Position numbers and translations under genes: made by a program | The notes under the pieces: generated by a model | Seen by the model: only the letters and a program-made list of their open reading frames with translations | Told to the model about the DNA's origin: nothing | Database searches by the model: none | Assembly (NCBI GenBank): GCA_013416795.1 | Contig: RQSC01000635.1 | Location: 1 to 57,376 of the forward strand | DNA from: Prasinococcaceae sp. CCMP 1430 | Taxonomy: Eukaryota; Plantae; Prasinodermophyta | Direction: 5' to 3' | DNA: 57,376 nt | Shown: piece by piece, positions 9,702 to 19,362 of the stretch | How positions within the stretch are numbered: position 1 is the stretch's first letter | Layout: the number at the start of each line of letters is the position of its first letter

Positions 9702-12700
9702 ATGGGGCGGCAGCGCGGAGACGCGCCGCGCTGGCGCCGCGCGGGGACACGCGCGAGCGATTTCGCGCGCGCGGCCTCGGCGTCGGCGCTCGCCAAGGGC
9801 GCTCGCGCGGATGACGACGGCGACGCGCCCCAGGCGTACCCGGCGGGCGAGGCATTGTCGAGCTTCGAGGAGACTGCGCGCGCGGCTGAGTTCATGCGCG
9901 GCATGGCACGCAGGGGCGACGAGTTCGACCGCCTGTGGGTCAGGCAGATCGAGTCCGAGCTGGCCGTGGGCTTCCGCGCGGACCCGGCGGCAAAGTACCG
10001 GGAACGCCTCGGTGAGGACGGCGAGCGCCAGGCCGTCGGCCGGGTGCTCGAGGGCCGCAATCGGCCGAAAGGATACGACGACCTGCTGCGGCGCTGGCTG
10101 CCCCCTCTCACCGAGTCCATCCGCGAGGAACAGGAGCGCTGCATGCGGGGGGAGCCGGGCCTCGATCGCCGCATCTACGCACCCTTCCTGTTGCTCGCCG
10201 ATCCGGAGGTGCTTGCGTACATCGCCGTCGCCGAAGCGATGAAGTTGCTCTTCGTGCCTTACAAGGACGACATGCTCGGGGAGAAGAAGCAAAGCAAGAA
10301 GCCCGCCGTGGCCAAGTCTGGCGCCGCGGGCACAGGGCTAGGGCTCGTCAAGGTGGTGCGCATGGCGACGGCCATAGGCCGCGCAGTGGAGGATGAGGTC
10401 ATGCTGAAGCGCCGCTGGTCGAGGCAGCGCAAGGGGCTGCAGACGCCTGCGGAGCCGCAGACGGAGCGCTGGACCATCGACCGCGTGCGGGACGAGGTGC
10501 AGCGCTGCTTGGAGGACCGCGTGCCCGACGTGCGGCTGCTGCGTGACCTGGAAGACGCCACGCGCGGCCGACACGCAGCCGAACTCGCGCCCGCGTACGC
10601 CGTGGACAATATCAAAAATGAGATCGAGGGTCTCCGCGAGAGGCACGCCGCTGCGCTCGAAGACGACGCCGCGCGCTCCGACTGGCGCGGCGTGCGGCGT
10701 ATCGACACGGGCGTCCACGCGGGGCTCTGGGAGGCCGAGTGGGACGTTAACGGCCACCGCGGGCGCCTTGGCCCCTTCTCGCGCCCGCAGCTGGCAGCGC
10801 GGCTGCGCGACAGGTGCGTGATCGTTGCGTGCAAAGGGGACATGAGCGCGGCCGCACCGTACCTCGACTTCGGCCGCGGTGGCTGGATGGATGGCCTTGG
10901 CGACTACCAGTCCGAGCTGCAGTTCCTCGGAAGTGTCGAGGACCCGCACGACTTCCTCGAGCCGCTGGGACTGTCTCGGTACTATGGCGTGGCGCGTGTT
11001 CTTGGCAACGCCCGCAACAGTGTCGGGCTTTCCTCCCAGGTTCGCAGCAACGCCACTTACGAGTGGGCCGCTGAGGTGCCCGTGTGGGAGCCCAGCACGG
11101 ACTTCGAGATGCAGCAAGGCCTGCCCGAGTTCAGCTTCAAAACGCGCCGAGTAACCAAGCTCGCAACGCCCGGGTTGGCGGCGCGGGCGCACGATCGCAT
11201 GGTGCTCGCGCTGCGCCGCCAGGCGGAGCAGTGCGTGGAGCACGGGGATCGAGCGCGCAAGAATCGCTACAAGCCCGGCGCGCGCATGGACCATTTCAAC
11301 GATCGCAAACAGCTGCTTGCACTCTCCGAGCTGCCGCTCAACTACCCGAAGGACGAGTACAGCGAGGAGCTCATCGCCGAGGACGCGGAGCTGCCCCTGC
11401 CGAAGCTTGTCCAAAGGATCCGTCGCGACTTGATGCCGGAAAACCCCCTCAGCGAGCACGAGCTCGAACGCTTCCAAGCCCTGGGGACTGACGGCGGCAC
11501 GCCCCTTCCAGACCTCGGCGAGCAATACCGTTTCAAGATGGTGGCGCGCCACACGGACGCGCAAGGGAACCCTCTCATCAACCCAGAGGCTTCGACGGAG
11601 GGCTCGGGAGGGCGGCTGCCACCGCCGGGCACCTTCAAGCGCGAGATCATCGACAAGGTCACACTGGGGCGCGACGTGGGCTCAACCGCGCGGGACGAGG
11701 CGGTGCGACGCCTGTACTTGAGTTCGGCGGCGCGCATGGGAAATGCCTCAAACGCAGCTGGGGCTCGCCGTGCGCTGTCGGGTCAGGACTGGCCCATGGA
11801 CGTCTGCGCCAAGATCGGTTCGCAGCTGCTTTACCACTTGCTTGTCACGTGCAACATCGAGGTGGACGACGCTGACAGCAACCACGAGATCGTGGGGTCG
11901 GGCTTCAACCCCGTCAGTGAGATGGATCCGCACACCAAGTGGACGGCGGTTGCGAAGCAGTTCTACGGCGAGCCCAAGGCGTACGCTGAGTTTGACGAGA
12001 CTGAGAAGCAGACCTGGGCGGAGAAGCGCGTGGTCCCGGCCTTCTACCATGGCTACGCCTACGACAGCACCAAGATAAGCAGGGGGAAGAAGATGCACAC
12101 CTTCGGCTCAGTCACGGCGCATCCGAATGTCGTCGAGCTCCTCGCCGCGAGCTTCGGCAGTGCGCGCGAGATGATGGAGCCTGTGTTTCAGCCCATGGTG
12201 ACCCCGCCGGCACCGTGGGAGGAATTTCGTCAGGGGCCGCACGTCGTGCGCTACAGCCCGCTCATGCGCACGCGCAACAAGGTTGTGTCGAAGGAGGTCA
12301 GCGATGCCTCGTGGTCGCGCTTGCAGCAGGAGGAGGTCATTAGCGGGGACCCGCTGCGCAACTTGGACCATCCTGAGCGAAAGTACGCGGCAGTGCGGGA
12401 GCTGTACGAGGATGACCTGGAGTGGGCCAAGCGCACGCACTGGACGCCGCAGGACGTCCGCGTGCCCAAGTGGCGGGGCCTGGCGGCGGAGGGTTCTTGC
12501 TCAATGTGGCGAGTATACGACGCCGTCAACTGCATCGGCAGCACGCGGTGGCGCGTGCAGGAGCGCGTCCTGCGCGTGGTGGAGGAGCTGCATGCCAACG
12601 GGGGCAGCGACGTGCTCGAAAAGTTGGGCATGCCGCCGCGGGAGCGCAACGAAATAAGCGTGCTGCCGCCTGCGGGAGTGCCGGGCACCGAAGGGTACAG

Positions 12701-14183
12701 GGAAATGCAGGACGAGCGCAAGAGGGTCATGCTCGAGCGCCGAAGGCAGCGCTTGGGAAATGTGCATCTTGACGCCGAGGCCAAGATGGTCGAGCAGGCC
12801 CTCGATGTTGCGCGCAAGTATGCCACTTATGATGCCATCTACTACCCGCACACGCTCGACTTCCGAGGACGCGTGTACCCGATTCACGGCATCTTCAACC
12901 ACATGGGCGCCGATTACATGCGCGGGCTTCTCGGCTTTGCTGACGGCAAGCGGTTGGGCCCGGGCAACAAGAAGTGGCTGGGCGTCCACATGGCCAACCT
13001 CTGTGGCCACAACAAAGGCACGTTTGAGGATCGCGCGGCGTTCGCGGATGAGATGATCGAGGAGATACTCGACTCGGCCAACAACCCCATCGACGGGAAG
13101 CGCTGGTGGCTCGAGCAGGAGAAGCCCGTGCAGGTGCTCGCGACGTGTATGGAGTTGCGCGACCTGCACGAGTGGGTACGGGCGGGCAACTCGCCAGACG
13201 ACTTCGTATCGTTCCTGCCCGTACAGATGGACGGGAGCTGCAACGGCTTGCAGCATTACGCCGCGCTGGCCCTGGACAGCGACGGCGCGGCCGCCGTGAA
13301 CCTCATTGATTCGGAGAGGCCCGGCGACGTGTACACTAATGTGGCGAGTATCCTCGCGGATCTGGTGGACGAAGACATCCGCAAGCTCAAAGAGGCCCTC
13401 GCGAATGGCGAGCCCGAGAGCCCCCAACGCGTGCAGCAGCTGAGCTTCTTCGAGGCCATTCGCAAGGAGATTGATCGCAAGCTGGTCAAGCAAACGGTCA
13501 TGACGAGTGTGTACGGCGTGACCGCCGTGGGCGCGCGTCAGCAGGTGCAGAGCCGCCTCAAGGAGCGTGACTGGTTCGTCGACGACGAGGACTGCGAAAA
13601 CCTGCAGTACAACGCTGCCATGTATGTCTCCAATCGCACCATGGGCGCCATCAAGTCTCTCTTCACAGAGGCGAAGGAGGTGATGGCGTGGCTGTCGGAC
13701 TGCGCCAACGTGCTGGCCCACGAGAACGAGCGCGTTTCGTGGGAGACGCCGCTGGGCCTGCCGGTGGTGCAGCCCTACCGCGTGCATTCGCAGCGTCAGA
13801 TCAAGACGCGGCTGCAGCAGCTGGTGCTCAATGGCGTCGAGGAGACCAACGACGTGGACAAGCGCGCGCAGCGTTCGGCGTTCCCTCCGAACTTCGTGCA
13901 CTCAGTGGACAGCTCGCACATGATGATGACGGCCTCGGCGTGCTATCGCAACAACGTTACCTTCGCGGCGGTGCACGATTCATTCTGGACGCACGCGGGC
14001 ACCACCGAACGCATGAGCCAGATCCTGCGCGAGGAGTTCGTGCGCCTGTACTCGCACGACCTGCTCGCAGACCTGAAGCGCGAGCTGCAGCAGAAACACC
14101 CACTCGTGAAGTTCCCGGACGTGCCGAGGAAAGGAACCCTCGACATCAACGACGTCAGGAAAGCCAAGTATTTCTTCTCGTGA
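9702..14183 (+). CDS. RPOT: Phage-type (T7-like) single-subunit organellar RNA polymerase with large N-terminal insertion
   Basis: DFRGRVYP, motif A PVQMDGSCNGLQHYAAL, motif B RKLVKQTVMTSVYGVT, FPPNFVHSVDSSHMM, motif C VHDSFWTH, terminal YFFS; intronless 1493 aa. Confidence 0.96.
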   Translation: MGRQRGDAPRWRRAGTRASDFARAASASALAKGARADDDGDAPQAYPAGEALSSFEETARAAEFMRGMARRGDEFDRLWVRQIESELAVGFRADPAAKYRERLGEDGERQAVGRVLEGRNRPKGYDDLLRRWLPPLTESIREEQERCMRGEPGLDRRIYAPFLLLADPEVLAYIAVAEAMKLLFVPYKDDMLGEKKQSKKPAVAKSGAAGTGLGLVKVVRMATAIGRAVEDEVMLKRRWSRQRKGLQTPAEPQTERWTIDRVRDEVQRCLEDRVPDVRLLRDLEDATRGRHAAELAPAYAVDNIKNEIEGLRERHAAALEDDAARSDWRGVRRIDTGVHAGLWEAEWDVNGHRGRLGPFSRPQLAARLRDRCVIVACKGDMSAAAPYLDFGRGGWMDGLGDYQSELQFLGSVEDPHDFLEPLGLSRYYGVARVLGNARNSVGLSSQVRSNATYEWAAEVPVWEPSTDFEMQQGLPEFSFKTRRVTKLATPGLAARAHDRMVLALRRQAEQCVEHGDRARKNRYKPGARMDHFNDRKQLLALSELPLNYPKDEYSEELIAEDAELPLPKLVQRIRRDLMPENPLSEHELERFQALGTDGGTPLPDLGEQYRFKMVARHTDAQGNPLINPEASTEGSGGRLPPPGTFKREIIDKVTLGRDVGSTARDEAVRRLYLSSAARMGNASNAAGARRALSGQDWPMDVCAKIGSQLLYHLLVTCNIEVDDADSNHEIVGSGFNPVSEMDPHTKWTAVAKQFYGEPKAYAEFDETEKQTWAEKRVVPAFYHGYAYDSTKISRGKKMHTFGSVTAHPNVVELLAASFGSAREMMEPVFQPMVTPPAPWEEFRQGPHVVRYSPLMRTRNKVVSKEVSDASWSRLQQEEVISGDPLRNLDHPERKYAAVRELYEDDLEWAKRTHWTPQDVRVPKWRGLAAEGSCSMWRVYDAVNCIGSTRWRVQERVLRVVEELHANGGSDVLEKLGMPPRERNEISVLPPAGVPGTEGYREMQDERKRVMLERRRQRLGNVHLDAEAKMVEQALDVARKYATYDAIYYPHTLDFRGRVYPIHGIFNHMGADYMRGLLGFADGKRLGPGNKKWLGVHMANLCGHNKGTFEDRAAFADEMIEEILDSANNPIDGKRWWLEQEKPVQVLATCMELRDLHEWVRAGNSPDDFVSFLPVQMDGSCNGLQHYAALALDSDGAAAVNLIDSERPGDVYTNVASILADLVDEDIRKLKEALANGEPESPQRVQQLSFFEAIRKEIDRKLVKQTVMTSVYGVTAVGARQQVQSRLKERDWFVDDEDCENLQYNAAMYVSNRTMGAIKSLFTEAKEVMAWLSDCANVLAHENERVSWETPLGLPVVQPYRVHSQRQIKTRLQQLVLNGVEETNDVDKRAQRSAFPPNFVHSVDSSHMMMTASACYRNNVTFAAVHDSFWTHAGTTERMSQILREEFVRLYSHDLLADLKRELQQKHPLVKFPDVPRKGTLDINDVRKAKYFFS

Positions 14184-14316
14184 CGCGCCCAGCATTTGTA
14201 CCATAACGATATCTTTTTGTCCTGCGTTCTCCATGGCGCCGCGCGCGCGCGCGCGACTCTGGCCATGCCCCCGCGCACACGGGTCGCATGCGAGCGTCGG
14301 ACAAACACGCGCTACG

Positions 14317-14321
14317 TTACA
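14317..14321 (-). promoter_or_regulatory. TGTAA polyadenylation signal candidate of the CRTISO-like gene
   Basis: TTACA on + strand, about 25 nt downstream of the stop at 14347; TGTAA is the known chlorophyte poly(A) signal. Confidence 0.5.
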
Positions 14322-14346
14322 AGTACAAAATTGCGACCGGTCGAAG

Positions 14347-16239
14347 TCAGGGCTTTCTGCGGTTCCCTCGCAGAGTGGCGGCCGCCACCGACCCAGCTCC
14401 GGCGAGCGGCTCGGGCGGCGCCTGGCCGGTGCCACCGTCCGGCTGAGACGCACCCTCCTCGTCCTTGGCGATGGCCTGCTGCGCCCTCCTGTACCTGTCT
14501 CCCTCGGCAATCAGGCCAAGCTGCTGCGGCACGCTGACGAGCGAGTTCGCCGCGAGGTAGCCACTGGCCGCGGCGGCGGGGACTCCAATGCCCGGAAAGC
14601 ACGAGTCGCCGCAACGCAGAAGCCCGGGGATGGGCGTCTTGACGCCTGGAAAGGGCATTTTCGCGACCTGTGGGAGGTAGCGCTCGCGCCCGGCGGCGAG
14701 GGCGGGCCCATACGTCCCGCGATACCGGCGCAGGAAGCGCTCGTGCGTGAGCGGCGAACCGAGGATGTCGACGTCCACCCGCTCGCGGATATCGGGGATG
14801 ATGCGCTCGAGCGCCTCCCACAGGACCTGCGATCGCTTCTCCTTGAATGCCTTGTACTCCGCCGATCCTCGATCCTTGTCAGCCCAGAGGTCGTAGGGCT
14901 CCGATCCTGCCGTGTAGCAGTGGATGACGTGGTGACCCTCGGGCGCGACCTTCGGGTCGAGGATGGAGGGAATAAAAATGGTAATGACGTTCTGCGGGTC
15001 GCTGAGAGGCTTCGACCAGTCATTGACAACCAGGTGGGCGGGGTCGAGGCCCTCAATCAGCCCGTCGCCGCCGCGCACGCCGAGGAAGAGGTGCATGATG
15101 CTGCCGTGCGCCGGAATCTCGAGGCAATCTTCGCGCCACCCCTGGGCACGAGGAGGCAGCCCAGAAGGATCAAGGAGCTTCGCCGTGTCCCAGACGGTCG
15201 CGTTGGACACGACCGCCGTCCGCGCGCGGACGCGCGCGCCACCCTTGAGGCGCACCCCGGCGGCGCGTCCCGTGTCGGGGTCCACCTCGATCTCTTCGAC
15301 GTGCGAGCGCAGACGCATGCTGCCGCCGTGCCGCTCGAGGGCGCCGCTGAGCGTGCCGACGACGGCGCCGGTCCCGCCGACGGGCGCGTTGAGCACGGCG
15401 CCAGGTTTGTGAAAGTTGGCGAGGCAGTAGATCATGGCCGCGCCCATGGTCCCCTCGGCGGGAAAGCCGGAGAAGAAAGACAGACAGTCGATCCAGTTTT
15501 TGAGGAAGGGCTCCTTGATGATGCCGCGCGTCACGCGGCTGAAGGAGTCGAAGAGCAGCGGCACGTCGGCCATTGCCGCCGGGTGGGTGAGGTAGAAAGG
15601 GAGCGCAACCGCCGTCGTCGCAAGGAGCCCGGGGTCCTGCCTCAGGTACTTGAGCGGACACGCATCGTTCGCTTCGCTCAACAGCGCGAGGCGCTCGACG
15701 AGAGCTTCCCACTCGCGCACCGCGGCCTCTGGATCCGACGCGTGCCTCCGCAGGACATCCTTGAAGCCGCCATCGGGGGCGTCGTCGGGCCCGAACGTGT
15801 AGCGCCACGATCCCTCCTCGGTGTGCATTCCCCAGCCGTCATAATTCTCCACCTCCACGTGCTCACCCAGCGCGTCGAGCACCTGCCGCAGCGGGTTGCC
15901 TCCGAACGACGAGCGCTCGAGGCCCTCCCAGATCGATGGCCCCACCTCGAACTCGTACTCGCCGCCGCTCTTGCTCCGGTGCTTGAACATGTGGCAGCAC
16001 CCGCCTGGGAGGGAGTGGGACTCGAGCACGAGGACCTCGTAGCCGTACTTGGCCAGGAGCGCACCGCACGACAGGCCACCGATGCCGCTGCCGATCACCA
16101 CGACGTCCACCTCCTCCTCCTTCGCCGCCGCATGCGCGGCCGCCGCCCCCACCCGCCTGCGCCCCGCAGCGGCGCGGCACGCCCTTCTGCGGAAGTTACG
16201 GTACGGCGACTCATACCCATTATTAGGGTCATTACTCAT
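14347..16239 (-). CDS. Carotenoid isomerase (CRTISO)-family FAD-dependent oxidoreductase; 5' end uncertain
   Basis: DVVVIGSGIGGLSCGALLAKYG..V.ESH..PGGC dinucleotide fold; EFEVGPS; GNPLRQVLDALGE; GSPLTHERFLRRYRGTYGP; CGDSCFPGIGVPAAAASG. Possible acceptor at 16187; gap at 16561. Confidence 0.87.
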   Translation of the reverse strand: MSNDPNNGYESPYRNFRRRACRAAAGRRRVGAAAAHAAAKEEEVDVVVIGSGIGGLSCGALLAKYGYEVLVLESHSLPGGCCHMFKHRSKSGGEYEFEVGPSIWEGLERSSFGGNPLRQVLDALGEHVEVENYDGWGMHTEEGSWRYTFGPDDAPDGGFKDVLRRHASDPEAAVREWEALVERLALLSEANDACPLKYLRQDPGLLATTAVALPFYLTHPAAMADVPLLFDSFSRVTRGIIKEPFLKNWIDCLSFFSGFPAEGTMGAAMIYCLANFHKPGAVLNAPVGGTGAVVGTLSGALERHGGSMRLRSHVEEIEVDPDTGRAAGVRLKGGARVRARTAVVSNATVWDTAKLLDPSGLPPRAQGWREDCLEIPAHGSIMHLFLGVRGGDGLIEGLDPAHLVVNDWSKPLSDPQNVITIFIPSILDPKVAPEGHHVIHCYTAGSEPYDLWADKDRGSAEYKAFKEKRSQVLWEALERIIPDIRERVDVDILGSPLTHERFLRRYRGTYGPALAAGRERYLPQVAKMPFPGVKTPIPGLLRCGDSCFPGIGVPAAAASGYLAANSLVSVPQQLGLIAEGDRYRRAQQAIAKDEEGASQPDGGTGQAPPEPLAGAGSVAAATLRGNRRKP

Positions 16240-17083
16240 TCGAGGGTTCGCTTCAATGGCGCCGCAAGCATGGATTGCCGTGTGCCATGCACGAACCGGA
16301 ACCGGCATGCTGCGTGCTGGATTTGGTTGGTTGGGCGTGCGTCTGTTCCGCATCGTCCGGCAGGCCGGTTCCGGTTCCTGCTTTCCGTGTTCCCGCCAAT
16401 CCGAAACCACAAACTCGTCGTGGTGGTTACACCCAGCTCCGGATCCATTTTCCGGCGCGGCGGCGTTCGGATTCGCGGATTCGGCCACGCGCCCGGCGAA
16501 ATCCGCGATTCCGGGGCCGCGCGCGGCGGCGGCTGTGATGGCGGCGGCTGCGGGGCCGGCNNNNNNNNNNNNNNNNNNNNNNNNNNNNNNNNNNNNNNNN
16601 NNNNNNNNNNNNNNNNNNNNNNNNNNNNNNNNNNNNNNNNNNNNNNNNNNNNNNNNNNNNNNNNNNNNNNNNNNNNNNNNNNNNNNNNNNNNNNNNNNNN
16701 NNNNNNNNNNNNNNNNNNNNNNNNNNNNNNNNNNNNNNNNGCGGCGCGGCCGCCGCCGACCTGGCCTGCGCGTGCGACGCCGTGCGGCCCGCCGCGGAGG
16801 CCTCGCCACCCGCGCGCCCACGAGCGACAGTCTTTACGTGTTTCCTCGAGACGTCAGCTCCGACGGCCAACTGTGCGAACTCGTGGGCCCTGCTGTATGC
16901 GAGAGGAGGCGGGCGACGCCAGCGGCGACCTGGCTCGTGCTCGCTCGAGCGCGCGGCCGGACGCGCCCACAAGCGGAGCGAAGAGGCGACCTGCGCCAGC
17001 GGCGACGCCGCGTCTGACCCCACGTCCAGTGCACGGCGGCTTGCGGATGCGGCGCGCACGCGTGTGCCGCGGCCCCGCCCGCA

Positions 17084-18327
17084 TCAGCCGGGGATCCAGT
17101 AGTCCAGCTCGGAGACAGGCTTGTTGATGTCGTGCGTATCCAGCTGGTTGTCACCGACGAACACGCAGGCGACCGTGCCCTTGGTGAAGCGCGGCGCGGC
17201 GGGGTGCGCGCGAGGGGGAGGGCAGGCGCGCCGCTGCGTCAGCTCCTTCGCGCGCGCGCAGCGACGCGCCCAGATTTCGCCGACGCAATGAGCACGCGGA
17301 CGGCCGCGCGGGCGCGCACCTTGGTGTGCGAGATGCGTGGAATCTGCTCCGGGCTGAGCGCCCACAGCGGCTGCTGCGCGGCCTCATCCGCGCCGTCCCC
17401 TTCGTCCTCGTCGCTGCTGTCAAGCTCGTCTGCAGCCGAAGTCACAATCTTGATGAAGTCGAGGCGATTGTTCGCCCCGCGGACGGTCGAGCGCAGTCGC
17501 AGACGCTGTCGGCACACCGTCGGCCTCTCGCTCTCGTACGTGATGGCGATGCGCACCTTGGACGTCCTCTCGTCGAACATGTAGATGCCGCCGAAGACCG
17601 ACACGCCCCGCGTGGTCTGCTGCTGCTTGCTGCGCCGCCGCCGTCCGCCGCCGCTGCTGCCGGCCCCGTCAGCGCCGCCGCGCGATATCGTGAGCGGCTG
17701 CGCAAGCTCGCCCTTGACTGCCGACAGGTTGCTCGCTGACGTTTTGGTAACGAACGTGCCGTCCGGAAAGAAGCGGTAGTATCTATAGTACACGACCACG
17801 TGCACGCCGCCCTTGTGCTGCCACTCGCGCACGCCCGTCTTGAGGTACTGATTCCTGCTGCAGTAGATTCCGTCGAAGCGCAGCCGCGGGCGGGCAGTGT
17901 ACATGTGGCGGTACGACGAGCGGTACTTGGCCGCGCACAGCGCCTCCAGCTGCGCCTCCGTTTCCATCGGCCATGCGTCGGCGCAGAGCGACCGCCACAG
18001 CGTCGGCCGCAGCGTGCCGTAGCGCCACTCACGGCAGACGCACGCGCACCGCGCGACGTCCGCGCCGCTGGCGTGCTTCAACACCTCGGCGAGGAGCTCC
18101 TCGCTCAGCAGGCGCTGGATGGGCGCAGGCTCGTGCTCGGCGAGGTCGTCTCCGCCGGAGGCGAGTGCGGTGAGCTGCGAGGTGCGCCCCCCCGCGGCGG
18201 CGCGCACGCGCCTCGAGTAGAAGTCCAGCCACGGCCGCCACGGGTGAAGGAAGCGCTCGGCGTAGTCGGCGGCGAGCGGCGGGGGCGCCCTCTGGGCAGG
18301 GACCGTCGGCGCGTACACGGTCGCCAT
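17084..18327 (-). CDS. F-box protein, FBXO9/Hrt3/plant FBP7 family
   Basis: Exons 18327-17320 and 17179-17084. F-box (LSEELLAEVL...ACVCREW...LWRSLC), PRLRFDGIYCSRNQY, VVYYRYYRFFPDG, C-terminal CVFV..QLDTHDINKPVSELDYWIPG. Confidence 0.87.
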
Positions 18328-18354
18328 CGCCGCGCGCCCGTTGCGCCCGCCAGC

Positions 18355-18709
18355 TCACAGCGCGAGGCTGGCAATGAGCTCCTCGACTTCGGCGCAGGCC
18401 TCGGCGCTGTCTTTCTTGTCGAGCAGCGCTAGCGCGCGCTCCACCACGCGCGCGCGGTGCCGCGCGTACCGCGACGCGCGCGGGAGCCGCGCGAGGCGCG
18501 CCACAGCGGCACCAGCGCCTGCGTCCACACCTTGTCGAGCGCCGGGCCGACGTGCGACCTGTACACAGGCAGGACTTGCGCCACGAACGCGTACTCGCAC
18601 GCCTCCCACGCGGAGGACATGCGCGCCAGCGCGGGCGCGCCGAGCTTCTCGTACGCGGGCACAACCACCCAAGGGCGCGCNGCGCCTGCGTGTGACCCGG
18701 TCTGGCCAT
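18355..18709 (-). CDS. Hypothetical helical protein fragment interrupted by a single-N gap (18681) and an apparent 1-nt frameshift (~18501)
   Basis: VVVPAYEKLGAPALARMSSAWEACEYAFVAQVLPVYRSHVGPALDKVWTQALVPLW then, in the next frame, RLARLPRASRYARHRARVVERALALLDKKDSAEACAEVEELIASLAL; coding-like composition, no family recognised. Confidence 0.4.
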
Positions 18710-19362
18710 GAAGGGTGGGGTTGTTGGTGGTCGGCGCTGCTTCGCCGCGCGCGCGCACGCCAGGCTGTCGGCGGGTGTTTGGGGTGGGTCCCTTTGTTTG
18801 GGGTTTGAATAGGGTTTATATTTTGTGTTGCTGGAGCTGGAGACAGCGACGCTGCGCTGGAGCCAGGGAGAGAGGGGGGGGAGGAAGGAGCGCACGCGAG
18901 TGCGGTGCCGGTTGCGCCAGCTCCTGCGCCGCGGCGGGGCGCGCTCGCCGGTGCGAGAGAGGGACCGGCGGGGGCGCGGGGGGGAGTCCATGCGCGCGGG
19001 CGTGGGGGGCGGTGTGCGGGGCCGCGCCCCTTCGCGGCTCGTCGCGTGCGAACCGGGTGCGTTCTGATGGGGCGCGGATGCGCGTGCTGGGGGGGCGGCT
19101 GGCCTGCCCTGCCTGATGTGGCTGGCGCGACGCTCGGCCTCCCCCAGCCAGACGGGCGAGGGGCGTGGCGGTGGTGGGCGCTCGCGGTGGCGGGAGGAGC
19201 GTGAGGGGGAAAGGGGGGAGGAGGGCGACACAGCGTGCGTGCACGGCAGACGCGGCAGCGGCGGTGTGCGCGGGCGCGGGGGGGTAGCGCGGGCGCGCGA
19301 GGGGGCGGGCGCGCGGCGCGAGGCTAGCGTCGGCGTCTTGGCCGAGGTCGACGGCGCCGGCG

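Noticed and set aside
9702-14183. T7-like polymerase as evidence of a prophage, linear plasmid or viral insertion
   Set aside because: It has the long eukaryotic N-terminal extension and host-like codon usage, is flanked by ordinary algal nuclear genes, and has no phage, integrase or terminal-repeat neighbours.
14233-17127. Long alternative-frame and antisense ORFs (e.g. 14233-17127 +, 5589-7553 -, 22843-24696 -, 43612-45591 -, 33572-type shadows)
   Set aside because: They overlap well-supported genes, are Arg/Ala/Pro-rich without motifs, and are expected because stop codons are rare at this GC content.
18355-18357. UGA as selenocysteine
   Set aside because: No redox-type motif around it, and I could not identify a SECIS element downstream of the F-box stop; kept only as a bicistronic or read-through candidate.
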